Shown: positions 37,502 to 49,900 of the stretch, piece by piece
How positions within the stretch are numbered: position 1 is the stretch's first letter
How the letters are laid out: each line of letters opens with the position of its first letter
Translations under genes and position numbers: made by a program
The notes under the pieces: generated by a model
Seen by the model: the letters and a program-made list of their open reading frames with translations, nothing else
Database searches by the model: none
Told to the model about the DNA's origin: nothing
Assembly (NCBI RefSeq): GCF_964204645.1
Contig: NC_134032.1
Span: forward strand, 2,628,175-2,692,174
DNA: 64,000 nucleotides
Reading direction: 5' to 3'
Source: Tubulanus polymorphus
Lineage: Eukaryota; Animalia; Nemertea

Positions 37502-39568
37502 AAATTTGTCAAATGCCTCGTGAAAAAATTCGCTCAACACAACCATTCAGCCGGAGACCGGGTCTCTAGTCGACTTTCCCAAGTGAACATTCAAACTAAA
37601 ACGGTTTTTCGATTTGTTTCTAGGACGACAGAAATTTGTTATCTGCAAGATACGTTTTACAAAGAAAAATGGCCGCTCTCCGGCGCGTCGCCGCAAGAAG
37701 AGGAGATACATGTGTAGGCGGCCTACAAACTCCAGAATATTGAAACATTTATTCGGGCGACTGGCAAATAACACCGCACAGGTGAATATAGCGCCATCTA
37801 GTGGACGACTCCGTGACTAAACAGGCGAAATCAAATGTCGTAGATTTATTGATGTAGGCGTATGTATGTATATATGCATATGTATGCCAAATATAGCAAG
37901 AAATACATGAACTGCAGCCTACACAAACTATATTAGTTTGATTTCTTACAATGGGCGACTCGTAATCAGAGAGGGTTTAGGTACTGCAGTAACCATAGAA
38001 TGAGCGGGCCGTACAAACGGCCAACAGTCACCATGCACCAAGTCACTTCATCTGACTGGTCACTAGTCACTTCAATCGCTAGACAAACTTACAAACTTCG
38101 TCAGTCACTACTGGTCTATGGTCGAGTGATTAGCGTGTTCGTCTGGCGCGCGCTGGAGGTCGCAGGTTCGAGTCCATCTTAAGGCGTATTTAAGGCGTAT
38201 CTTAGGGTTATCGGCATTTTTTGTCGTTTATTTTATTCTCGTGTTCCAACCTAGTCACTCTGGAAGGTCTAGGATTTTTAGGAGATTATCCCTCATGAAA
38301 TAAAGAAGCGTCTTTAACCATTTCTGGTCGTTGATTTTACAACTTATGACGTTATTCAATGAAATTAATTAATTGCTAATTTCACCGATCGATTCCGGCG
38401 CCCAATTAGCGACAACGGGACGAAAACAAAACAGGGAGTCGGATCACAGGAATCAATTCTAATTCGATCGCAGCTGCAGCAGCAGCAACCTCCTCTTATC
38501 GTCGCTTTTGTTAGATCTTCGGCGCGACTACGCAATCTATTATCGGGAGCGTTAGATTGGCGGCAGCTCGTCCAGTTATATATAATTGCTGCGAGGTGAC
38601 ACTAGTGCAGATAATTGAAAAGAAAATTAGCAACTCGGGATGCAACACTGTTTGTTGTCTAACGATCTGGAGCAGGTTCTTCACCTGTACCACTGAAATA
38701 CTGTTCGTTCAGAATCGTCGGTGATTGTCAAACTCTCTGAAGTCGTCATCGGATGAGTCACGTCGATTGAAATCGTTTGTCTCATCGCTCTTAACTAACT
38801 GTAAGTCGTATTTTCTTTTCTCGATACACTCAAATTCACCACTTCTTCCAATTCAATTTATTAAGTGTATGTTATACGCATTTGGATTAGTCGTCATATT
38901 ACTGAAGTCATCCGATGGGTTTCCACCGCTGCCTGCGCGTTGCAGTTTTGGCAAGGATGTTATTAATCAAAGAGATATTGACACCAGAGATATTGTCAAT
39001 GGCATTTGTAATTTCTGACTGGATATCCGCAGCAGAGGGAGCAGTTATATATCTTGCGACATCAGAACAAGGCTCACAAAAAAATCCAACGGGTAGGGCG
39101 TTGTCCGAGATGGAATTGTAAGCAACCGTGAGGGGGATATGGAAGGAACCAGTTTAGATTAGAGTAGATAGCTTACAATGGATAGAGTGCGCAGATGTTG
39201 GATTTATATACAACATTTCAACATTACAAAATATTCTCCCATTCCAACTAAATAACCAATTGTACTTGGTGCACGCACCATGGTGGTTGTAACAAGCAGA
39301 TTTACCCGTTTAGTCAGCTGAAACACGACCATTGGTGATTCTGAAGTTTCACATAGATCTAGGAGCTTTACCCCAAGAGCATCAACAGCATGGTTGCCAC
39401 TTGGGTTTCCCAGTTAAGAGGCTATCACACCCAACCCATAAACTAGATCATTAATCCTATAATTTAATACGATACATGAATTGTCCATTTTGAAAATTGT
39501 TTATATCTGCCAATTAAAAATTTTTTGCAGATTTAAATAATGGTGAGGTATGGGCTCTAATATCGGTC

Positions 39569-40905
39569 TTAAAGATAATGCGGAACGCTTTCTTCTGGAG
39601 AAGTTCCAGCTTTCATAAGTTTGAGATGGCAATAAATGAAAGAATAATACAACTGCAGTAAAGTTGTTTTTGACAAAATTCCATAAAGTCTACCCATTAT
39701 ACAAATGAACCGTAATAGTTTAGTACAGATGCCATTCATTTGTGACTTCCAAGTAAGCTGGTCGTCAACTTGAACGCCTAGAAATTTTGTTGTCGAAACT
39801 TGTGATATAGACATATTGTTGATTTTGATAGAAATTGAGTGTTTATGTTTAGCACGACTGAAAAATATGAAATGAATCAAATTCAATGAAAGCCTGTTTG
39901 CCCGAAAACAGATATTCAGTTAGTGTAGTTCTGTATTAACTATCATAGTTAACTCGTTAAAATATTGATATGAGAAGTGAATACACTGGCATCATCAGCA
40001 AACATGATAAAATTAAAAACGCTTGATGCGTTTACAAGATCATTTATATATAATAAGAAAAGGATCGGCACCAAAATAGAACCTTGGGGCACACCACATA
40101 ATACATGATAGGTAGTGGTAGTAGTCTCTTTAAAAAGAACAGTCGGAAAACGGTTTGAAAGATAATTTCTAAACCAGAGTAATGGCGTACCTCTGATGCC
40201 ATAATGGCAAAGTTTTGACAATAAAATTTCATGATTCACTCTATCAAATGCACGCGAAAGATCTAGAAATATTCCTATAGTAGATTTGCCATTGTCTAAA
40301 TTATTGATGATTTTATCTATGATAACAGTAATTGCCATGTTGGTGGAATGGTCTTTCCTAAATCCAAATTGACATGGAGATAGCATTTTATACTTGTCGA
40401 AAAAACTTTTTTGTAAACTACTTTTTCTAAGATCTTGGAAATACATGGTATTGATATTGTTTAGGTCTGTAGTTTGAAAAATGTGAAACATCTCCCGATT
40501 TGAACAAATGTAATATCTTTGATATTTTGAAGCATTCAGGTACTTGCCCATTAATCAAACTTAGATTTAAAATATGAGATAACGGCAGAGATATAGCGTC
40601 AATTACTCTCTTGAGGATCTTTTGATTGATACCATCATGACCAGTGTTATTACTATTTTTAAATTTTGAAACAATATTTTTAATTTCTAAAGAATCTGTG
40701 AGAGAGAAAAAGATATCATTTTGTTGTGGCGGACCCAGAAAAGAGAAAAATGTTAGTAGGTAAAATATCATTGGCTAAATTTGGACCCGCTTGTGCAAAA
40801 CACTTATTAAATTCATCGGCTATACTAACATTATTTTTGTACATCACACCATTCTGTTCAAAACATGCGAAAATTTAGAATTTGACGATGTTATATTAAT
40901 AAGCT
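39569..40905 (-). mobile_element. Degenerate LINE (CR1/L2-group) reverse transcriptase
   Basis: GHDGI, NYRP, QFGFRKDHST, FLDLSRAFDRVNH, GVPQGSIL, FADD, KFLGV; frameshifts and stops; cut at the Helentron end. Confidence 0.92.
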
Positions 40906-40957
40906 CATTAATTAGGGTTTCTGCTGCTTTCGCAGAAACCCTCTTGTAATTCTGTTG

Positions 40958-40990
<33 letters not shown>

Positions 40991-42147
40991 TTTCCCCTTT
41001 CCAGCCAAAAATTTTTCATAAAATGTAACTCCTCTCAGATTCGACTACTAGCAGCTTATAAACCTAATTTTCAATTATGAAAGAAATATAACTCAGCGCC
41101 TGACCATTTCCAATTTGCGTATTATAATTGATTATGAATTAATCCCGCGTAATTATTTGGTCTAAACAGGAAATAAGAATGTCGCAAGAATCATCATCCA
41201 TTGATAAATGTACATCGTGAAAAGCCTGCAAATTACCCGACGACCTTGAGCTTCAAAATAAATCACGGATTCGGATTTATAAATCGGTGTTCGACCTACG
41301 ACATCCATTCAATGTTTTCAGATTTCGTGCGCATGCGTCAATTTAGCTCGGACGCCATTTTCTTTATTTTACAACGTGCGACGCCACTCTACGTTACTTG
41401 CATTTTTACGACTTTGTTGTGTGTTTCTGTGACCAATCTTCAGAGAGGTATGTATATATAACGGTTAGGCCTAATATGATGTATTTTTCCACGTAATCTG
41501 ACGACTGGTATTAAAAGCCGACCGGAATTCGTCTTGATCCGCGCGTTGTGGTAGCAGTCGGGTCTGGTTGGTGTGAGATCGATATCGAATCCCGCATGAC
41601 TTACACATAGAAGTAGCTTTTAAAAGGCCAAATTTGGGCTAGGTGTTAAGGTTGACCCAATGCGTATGATTTAATAATAGTGTTTGTGGTATGGGTAGAA
41701 AATATTTAGGCCTATATAGACAGCAGCTTAAATATTGAATTATGGGATTTGAACTGCACTAGTGTGTGTGTGTCTGTGTGCGAGAGCAGGGAGCACTCCA
41801 TCTCCCTGACCCTGTGACTTATGATTAAGCCACCCGATTCTGCTGAATGCGAACAAGTCATCAGGTTTTCGTGAATGTGAATAAATACTATAAGAAGGGA
41901 CTGCCAATTTTAATGAACACAGAAATATCTTAATTGAAATCGTATGTCAGCTAATTTCAAATTGAAGGCCTATTATACATAAATTACAGTACACTCCGCC
42001 CACTCATGTCAGACCATTTGGGAGTGTAAAAATGTATCCTGCTTTTCGGATCTGATTCAAGCTTAAGTCTACTGTTTGTATATTCAATCTACCTAGGCCC
42101 ATAGGCCTAATTGTGCCTGCCTAATTATTGGGGAAATCGACAATGTC

Positions 42148-42943
42148 AGGTTCTTGAATTTCTCGACTGATGGCGCTAGTTAGAACTGGATATTGGTACC
42201 TAAATCTGCCATGTTCTAGTTTATTTGCAATAAAAATCTGGCCTCTCAATTTTTTAGTAGGCAGTAGTTATTTTACTGGATCTGGTCACTGACTTCTGAA
42301 CGCTATTTTGCCAAATATTGTCTCTAAATTGGCTGATTTACTACGCACATGCGCAAAGAGGTGCGCGGCTTAGATAATTGGAAGGAAGTGTGGAGAACAG
42401 AGTTTACCCGGACCAGTGAATTACTAGCCTAGCGTCTTCCTATTAGATCACAGAGCTCATTGAAAACCATCCGAATGTTTTAGCTACATTTAGCCTCACC
42501 TAACCCTAACCCTATCCCTACTTGTGAAATCGAACCCTGTGGACCCTCTTCTCACCCTCTTGACACTAACCCTATCCAAACCCTTACCCTAAACCCAATA
42601 AAATGATTTAATTGTTACATAATAAATGGATTTGGCAAAATAGCGTTCAGAAGTCGGTGACCGGATCCAGGTTAAATATGCACTTCCTTTTTAGTAAGTG
42701 TATTTTACGTACATACATCATCACGTTTAATCCTTTAAGTATGATATCCTGGAAATCTGTTAGATTGGACAAAACGTTACTTCAACTGTCAAAAATTTTC
42801 CAAAAATCACAAATTTAGTGAAAAAAAATGCTCATTAAAAACTTGAAGCGAGAGATCTTTATTGCAAATCAACAAAACAAGGTGGATTTAGGTTCCAATT
42901 TCCGGTTCTGACTAGTGCCATCATACGAGTAATTCCAGAACTT
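42148..42943. mobile_element. MITE (~90-bp imperfect TIRs) containing a nested MITE at 42276-42670
   Basis: Outer arms 42148-42238 and 42853-42943; inner arms CTGGATCTGGTCACTGACTTCTGAACGCTATTTTGCCAAAT and its near reverse complement; CCTAAC-rich core. Confidence 0.7.
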
Positions 42944-43555
42944 GAATTTGTTGATATTTGTATTGGCATCATTCCTTTTCTAAAACGGAACCTGACGACC
43001 AATTATTCAATTTTCTATTTATTTATTTTTTTAAACAAGACTCATCATGCAGGTATTCCCCACAACAACAGGTTTCAGAGGGAAGACCACCCTTTTATTT
43101 TTGTTTCAACCCATCTTAAAATGAGCCACCAATCGGTAATCGGGCGAACCATAATAGTGTTCACTGCCTGTTTTAATACTCGTCGTTGCACATTTGTTCA
43201 GGATACTACGTCTAGCCTATGTGGGTTATAGGGTTTATTCCAAAAGTTTGCAAACAAAATCCAGTTAATTTGTTTAGTTTTGGAGACATTTTTGATGCAT
43301 TGTTTTCAACACATTTTATTCAATTTTCTTCCAATCTTGCCATCAACCAAACCCAGCGGAGCTATCACAGCTGACAGGCTGCTTGTTCAACACACCATAC
43401 CTATTTGTAGCAGGTGTCACCTATTGTTTCGAAATTTTAGAGAAAGTTCCTACAGGCTGATTAATAATGCTGTGATAATGTTTCTTTTGTGATAGGTCAC
43501 ATACTTGATACTTGTTGATACTTGAAATAGGATATTGATCAGTACATTACTCATC

Positions 43556-46500
43556 ATGCCTAAAAGGAAAAGAAGAGCTGGTAGCTTTCAGCCGAAGAAG
43601 GTAAGACCCTCTTTTCATAGGCAAATGTTAATCTTCTAGTAAGAAGTATGTAGGCCTTTTTTCCGAGTAAAAAATTCATTAAACTGTTCATCACATGTGT
43701 TAGCTGCGCAATATTTTGGTGCCTGATTTTGGTATTTTATCAGAAAAAACCATATCAGTAAATCATAAACCAGTTGCTTAGAGGGTGTGTAACTGACCAG
43801 TGTCGTATCATCCCTGGTTCTTGTTGAGATAATTATAAGCTATTGAATTGAATTGAACTCATTAGAAAATTCTACGAACGTATAGTGAATGAATTTTTTT
43901 TCTATTTTCAGAAGGTGGAGGTGGTTGGAGTTCCCTCAGCCCTAACTGGACAAAACAGAGATGAAAAAAGGATCAATGGAAAAAAATTATGAAAAATCTC
44001 AAGATGAAGACTACAGAAGAGTTGAAAATGAAATCTTAAATGAAAACCTAAAAAACGCTCAAAATGAAAACTTTAACGAAACGCAAAAAGAAAACTCTGA
44101 TAACAATCAAAACAAGAAGTATGAAGTGAAAATCAATGAAAACTTTGAACCAAAAACTAATGAGAACTATGAATTGAATGCAAATGAAAAAGATGAAATG
44201 AAAATGACTGAAAAACATGGAATGAAAATGAATGCAAAATATGAAATGCATATGAATGGAAACTATGATTTGAAAACAAATGAAAAAGATGAAATGAAAA
44301 TGACTGAAAAACATGAAATGAATATTAATGAGATCTATGATCAGACTATGAATCAAAATTGTGGAACTAATTCGAATGAAGATATGACAAAAAACAAAGT
44401 TAAGACAATTGAAGTGAAATCAGTTTTTTGTGACTTCAATCATGACAACTGTGATACGATTATGCATGACAACTATGATAAGACTAAACAAGGCAACTAT
44501 GAAAAGGCTATATATGGAATCTGTGAAAAGATTACACTTGACAACTGTGATAAGATTTAACATGATAACGCTGGTCACAATATACATGAAACCTCATCGA
44601 AAATGAAAGCTGACTCATCTATTCAACCAATTTCGAGTATGATTTCGTGTAGAGATTGTGATGGCAATTTTGGTAACAGTGAGTCATGTTTAAGTGCTGA
44701 GAATATGAGATGTTCATCAATTCATGGAAATTTCCACCAGGGTCATCCAAAATACGGTATTCATTCAGGTAAGCAATGTGTAACAAATGCATTAGCTGCA
44801 ATGATTCATGCATCAAATAAAGCTGTATGCCTCATGATATTGATTCAGTATTGAATATTGGAAATGATTTATACGCAACATTGACTAATATGAATACAAT
44901 AACAAATATGTATTTATTGATCAGTGAGCTACCAACTGCTGTTGAGATTGGAAATTCCATTTATAATGTGACTGTTGGATCCCCTCAAGTTGCTATATCT
45001 GAATTATCTGATGAAATGAGAGCTGGAAATTTTGGAATTATCAGTGAACTACATGAATGTTTGCACAATAATCTGCTTAATTACGACACATGCTTTATAA
45101 CATTTGCTGGAAATACATTTTGTGTTTTAAAACAGGATGACATGTACTGGGTATTTGATTCACATTCGAGAGATGCATCAGGAATGATGCCCGCTGATGG
45201 ACATGCTGTATTAGTAAGGTACTCTTGTGTTAATTGTATTGTCAAACATTGTCAGAATCTTGCAGCTTCAATGAATCAGAGGCAACCAATACAGTATGAA
45301 ATTACAGTGGCTTCTATCAACCATGAAATTGAAACTACTGTAGAGAATAGCATTATCGAAACAACGACTACATACTCTCCAAACTACCAACAAACAAGTA
45401 GTGAAGATGAACTGCCCTATACAAACCCAAAAGTAGATGAATGCGATGTAATTGTTACTAGTGAATCCGTGCAGCATGATGATTTAATTTACAACCCACT
45501 AGAAAAAGGTCAGTGCAAAACATTATGCTCTATTCTAGGTATTCATTGTCGACCCTCAACTCTCGGATATGAATGTATGCCCAAATATGATGGACAACTC
45601 TACTCTCCATGTAATACGCAGAAAATTAAAGGCGATGGAAGCTGTTTTTTTCGGGCAATTTCATATTCAATCTGTGGAACTGAGCAATATCATCGGGCTA
45701 TACTCACCGAAGTTTTAAAGCACATGCGGCAGAATTCCGACAAATTCCAACCACATCTGAGAAATCCACAACTTACTATAAATGAGTATATTGATGAATC
45801 CCGTATGAAATATACAGGTACTTGGGTGACAGAGGTTGAAATTCTTGCAACAGCTGATTTACTGCATGCTGATATATATACATTTGTAGGCAATGGTTGG
45901 TTACGATTCGCTGGTTCTACTTTCAGTGCACCAAATCGTGTGTGTGAATTAAATGGCAACATTTATTTGAAAAATTGCAGAGGTGTACAATATGAAGTTG
46001 TGTCATGTGTGAAACAATCTGAGGAATGTATTTGCTCTTGGTGTGGCAAGCGACGAAATACTGAAAAAACGGATGATAAAAAAGCCCTGAAAAGGCAGTA
46101 TAATTATCAAAGATATCATGAAGATGAAGATTACAAACAGCACAAACAGAAATTAGCATGTATGAAATCAAAAAATGACGAGGCCTATCGTTTAAATCAA
46201 AACCAGCAGAGGCAAATCAGATACAATGATGATGACTCGTCTTATCGTAGAACGAAGATGTCTAGTACTCTTAGAAGATACTATAATGATATCAATTATA
46301 AGCAAAAGGTAAATAAGCGAACATCAGAGAAATACAAAAGTGACGTTGACTTCAGAAATAAAGCTAAGCTTTGTAGTATTCAGAAATACAAAAGTGATGA
46401 GCAACATCGAGCACAACTAAGAACTAACAGCATCGAGAAATATCATAATGATGAACAGCATCAAGCCCAAGTTAAATCTTACAGCATTGCAAAATACCAA

Positions 46501-46937
46501 AATGATGAACAGCATCGACGCCAAGTTAAATCTTACAGCATTGAAAAATACCAAAATGATGAACAGCATCGAGCCCAAATTAAATGTTACAGCATTGAAA
46601 AATACCAAAATGATGAACAGCATCGAGGCCAAGTTAAATCTTACAGCATTGAAAAATACCAAAATGATGAACAGCATCGAGCCCAAGTTAAATCTTACAG
46701 CATTGAAAAATACCAAAATGATGAACAGCATCGAGGCCATGTTAAATCTTACAGCATTGAAAAATACCAAAATGATGAACAGCATCGACGCCAAGTTAAA
46801 TCTTACAGCATTGAAAAATACCAAAATCATGAACAGCATCAAGCCCAAGTTAAATTTAACAGCATTGAAAAAACCGAAATGATGAACAGCATCGAGCCCA
46901 AGTTAAAACATTCAGTGTTGAAAAGTATCAAACCAAC
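43556..46937 (+). pseudogene. N-terminal part of the Helentron polyprotein: basic leader exon, low-complexity repeats, herpes-tegument-type deubiquitinase, OTU protease, 18-aa repeats; disrupted
   Basis: Exon 43556-43600 (MPKRKRR), acceptor at 43912; GNFHQG..GKQCVTNAL and FDSHSRD; KGDGSCFFRAIS..W.TEVEI. Stop at 44558-44560; frameshifts near 43985, 44827 and 46870. Confidence 0.85.
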
Positions 46938-46945
46938 ATGCAACA
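46375..46945 (+). repeat. 54-bp coding tandem repeat (YSIEKYQNDEQHRAQVKS), ~10 copies
   Basis: Direct reading of the near-identical units. Confidence 0.95.
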
Positions 46946-49900
46946 TCGTGATAAAATGAAAAGACTAAGCATCAACAAGTATGCAGGTGATCCTAAAATC
47001 AAGGAAATGGTTGTTGCTTCCACAAGATCACGTCGTGAAAATGAAAAATTGAAAAAGAAAGACATCAACTATGTGATCAGTGAATTTCGACGTGTATCTA
47101 AAGACGGTCCTGAATATGTCTGCTCTGTGTGTCATCGACTCTTGTTCAGAAATCAAGTTAAAGATCTTATTGAAAACAATTACACTACTCATGGACCTAC
47201 ACATGCTGAAATTGCTCAAAAATGTATAACAAATACATATCTACATGTCTGCAATGAAGATTGTCCAACACCATGCACCTTGAAAACTGAACCATCAATT
47301 AAGCAGTGGATTTGTCACAATTGTCATCATAAGTTATTGATGGCTAAGATACCATGTGAGGCTGCTTGCAATAATTTGCAGTTAGATAGAGTTCCAAGAG
47401 AATTATCACATCTGAATCCACTGGAGGAGCATCTTATTGCGATAAACATTCCATTCATTAAGATGATTGCTTTGCCGAGGCAAGGACAGCATGGTTGTCA
47501 TGGGCCTGTTGTATGTGTGCCAAGTGATGTTAAAAAAACTACTACAATATTACCTCGTGATTCATCTGATGATCAAATGATGAAAGTTAAATTGAAACGC
47601 AAACTCACGTACAAGGGTCACTATCAGTATCAGTTTGTTGACCAGAAAAAAATCATGGATGCTCTTACCACTTTAAAATCAATTAACAAACACTATCGTG
47701 ACATTGAACTGAACCAAGACTGGACCAATTGTCTTGAAAAAATTGATGAAGAATCAGAATCTGAAGTGCTCTCAACTGATAAATCGTCGTCCAATATAGA
47801 TGAAAGCTGTGTGAATTCCTTACCTACTGCTAAGAGTGAAGCAGATAAGGAAACAAATGGAACTGATTCACAGGAAGAAACCGAGGCAGAAAATCTACAC
47901 GAAATGTATATGAATTCATGTCTACAACCAATTGATATTGGTCAAGAAATTCTTGATGCACACTTTAATGATATTTTGTGTCCGGCACCAGCTGAAAATA
48001 ACAGCCCAATACAAATATTAACCGACAAAGAAAATGAAGCCAAATCATTCCCCACATTGTTTCCTACTGGAAGATTCACTTATCATGCTGTTCGTGATGA
48101 AAGAATCACTCTCGCACGATATTTACATACCCGATTGATGAACGCTGATCCAAGATTCTCTCGAAATACTGACTTTATTTTCTATTCACAATTTTTGTCA
48201 GAAATTAATCAGGTTGCATCAAATGTATCGATAGCGCTACGAAAAGGAGTGAAAGATAGCACTCGGCAATTTCATGTCGGATTGGATAGTCTAAGAAATC
48301 TCAAAGACGTGAATGATATCTTCAAGTATAATGATGGCTACAAGTTTTTGAAACCAATACGAGGAACACCACCATTCTGGCAGGCTGCTCAAAAAGACTT
48401 ATTGGCTATGGTTCGGCAATTAGGTGTCCCTACATTTTTTGTGTCATTTTCAGCCGCTGAAATGAGATGGAATGAACATTTAGAAGCTATAATGCGAATC
48501 GATGGATGCAATAAACCAGTTAGTGAATTGTCATGGTCTGAGAAATGTGGTATTTTGAGACGCAATCCTGTCACTGCTGCACGCATTTTTGATCACAGAT
48601 TTCATACATTCCTTAATGATGTTATCAAATCCCCAGCGCAACCTATTGGTGAAATTCAAGACTTTTTTTATCGAGTAGAATTCCAGATGAGAGGCAGCCC
48701 ACATGTACATGCACTGATATGGGTAAAAGACGCACCGAAATCAGGAATTGATGACGACGCTAATGTCACCTCGTTTGTAGATCGATATATCACCTGTAAA
48801 TTACCTGATGATTCTGAGGATCCTGAATTACATGAAACTGTAACCAGTGTCCAAATGCACAGCAAAAGACACTCAAAAACATGCCGCAAGAAAGGTACTA
48901 AATGTAGGTTTAATTTCCCAAAGAATCCTTCATTACAAACATTTTTGACTCAAGAAAAATACGAACCCCCACCACCACCAAGTACTGATGAATCGAATAA
49001 TGAAGAACCATTAAATGAACAAATTGAGGCAGCTAGCAATGCAATGAGTCCCGATCAAGCGAAAGAAATATTACAGAAAGTGTGGGAATTGATGAACAAA
49101 GAGGATACTGATTTATCAACTACAGAATCACTGTACAGATCAATTGGAATCACACAAGATATGTTTGAAGAAGCTTATCGTTGTTTATCACGTAAGAGTA
49201 GTGTCGTTTTGAAAAGGGAACCAAATGAATGTTGGGTAAATCAATACAATCCTGCATTATTGAGAGCCTGGCAGGCTAACATGGATATACAGTATGTGAC
49301 TGATGCATTTGCATGCGTAGTATACATAGTATCGTATATCTCAAAGAGTGAACGAGAAATGGGTCTTTTATTAGAACACACAAGAGCGGAGGCTGCAGAT
49401 AATAATCAAAGCGCGAAACAAGCCATGAAATCATTAGGTTCAACTTATCTCCATAATCGTGAGGTGTCAGCTCAAGAAGCAGTGTATCGAGTTTGTAATC
49501 TAAAAATGAAGCAAGGATCTCGAAAAGTTCAGTTTATTCCTACAGGTGACAATATCATTAAATTAAGTAAACCACTGAGCGTATTACAATCAAAAAGCGC
49601 AGATCACGATTTGACTGATGATGATGTATGGATGACTGGCATCGTAGAACGATATCAAAATCGACCTGATGATGAGGAATTTGAACAAATGTGTTTGGCT
49701 CAATTCTGCTCTGAATATAGGATTCTCGCAAAATCTCAAGTGAACAACAGCAGCATAGCATTGAAAAATGAGAGTGGATATATCAGAAAGAGAACCAACA
49801 CAGCCCCGGCAGTTGTCAGGTATGCTAGATTTTCAAAAACAAAACAACCTGAAAAACATTATCAAACAAGTCTACAATTATTTCTGCCATATCGTCAAGA

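Noticed and set aside
38105-38185. tRNA genes here and at ~2315-2388, ~11220-11285 and ~16020-16092
   Set aside because: A/B-box-like motifs are present but acceptor and anticodon stems do not pair convincingly; treated as tRNA-derived repeats.
38370-39160. Possible terminal exon of the CAP gene or a separate coding remnant
   Set aside because: No splice-consistent frame or recognisable domain found.
46417-46882. Alternative-frame and antisense repeat ORFs
   Set aside because: Shadows of the 54-bp coding repeat.
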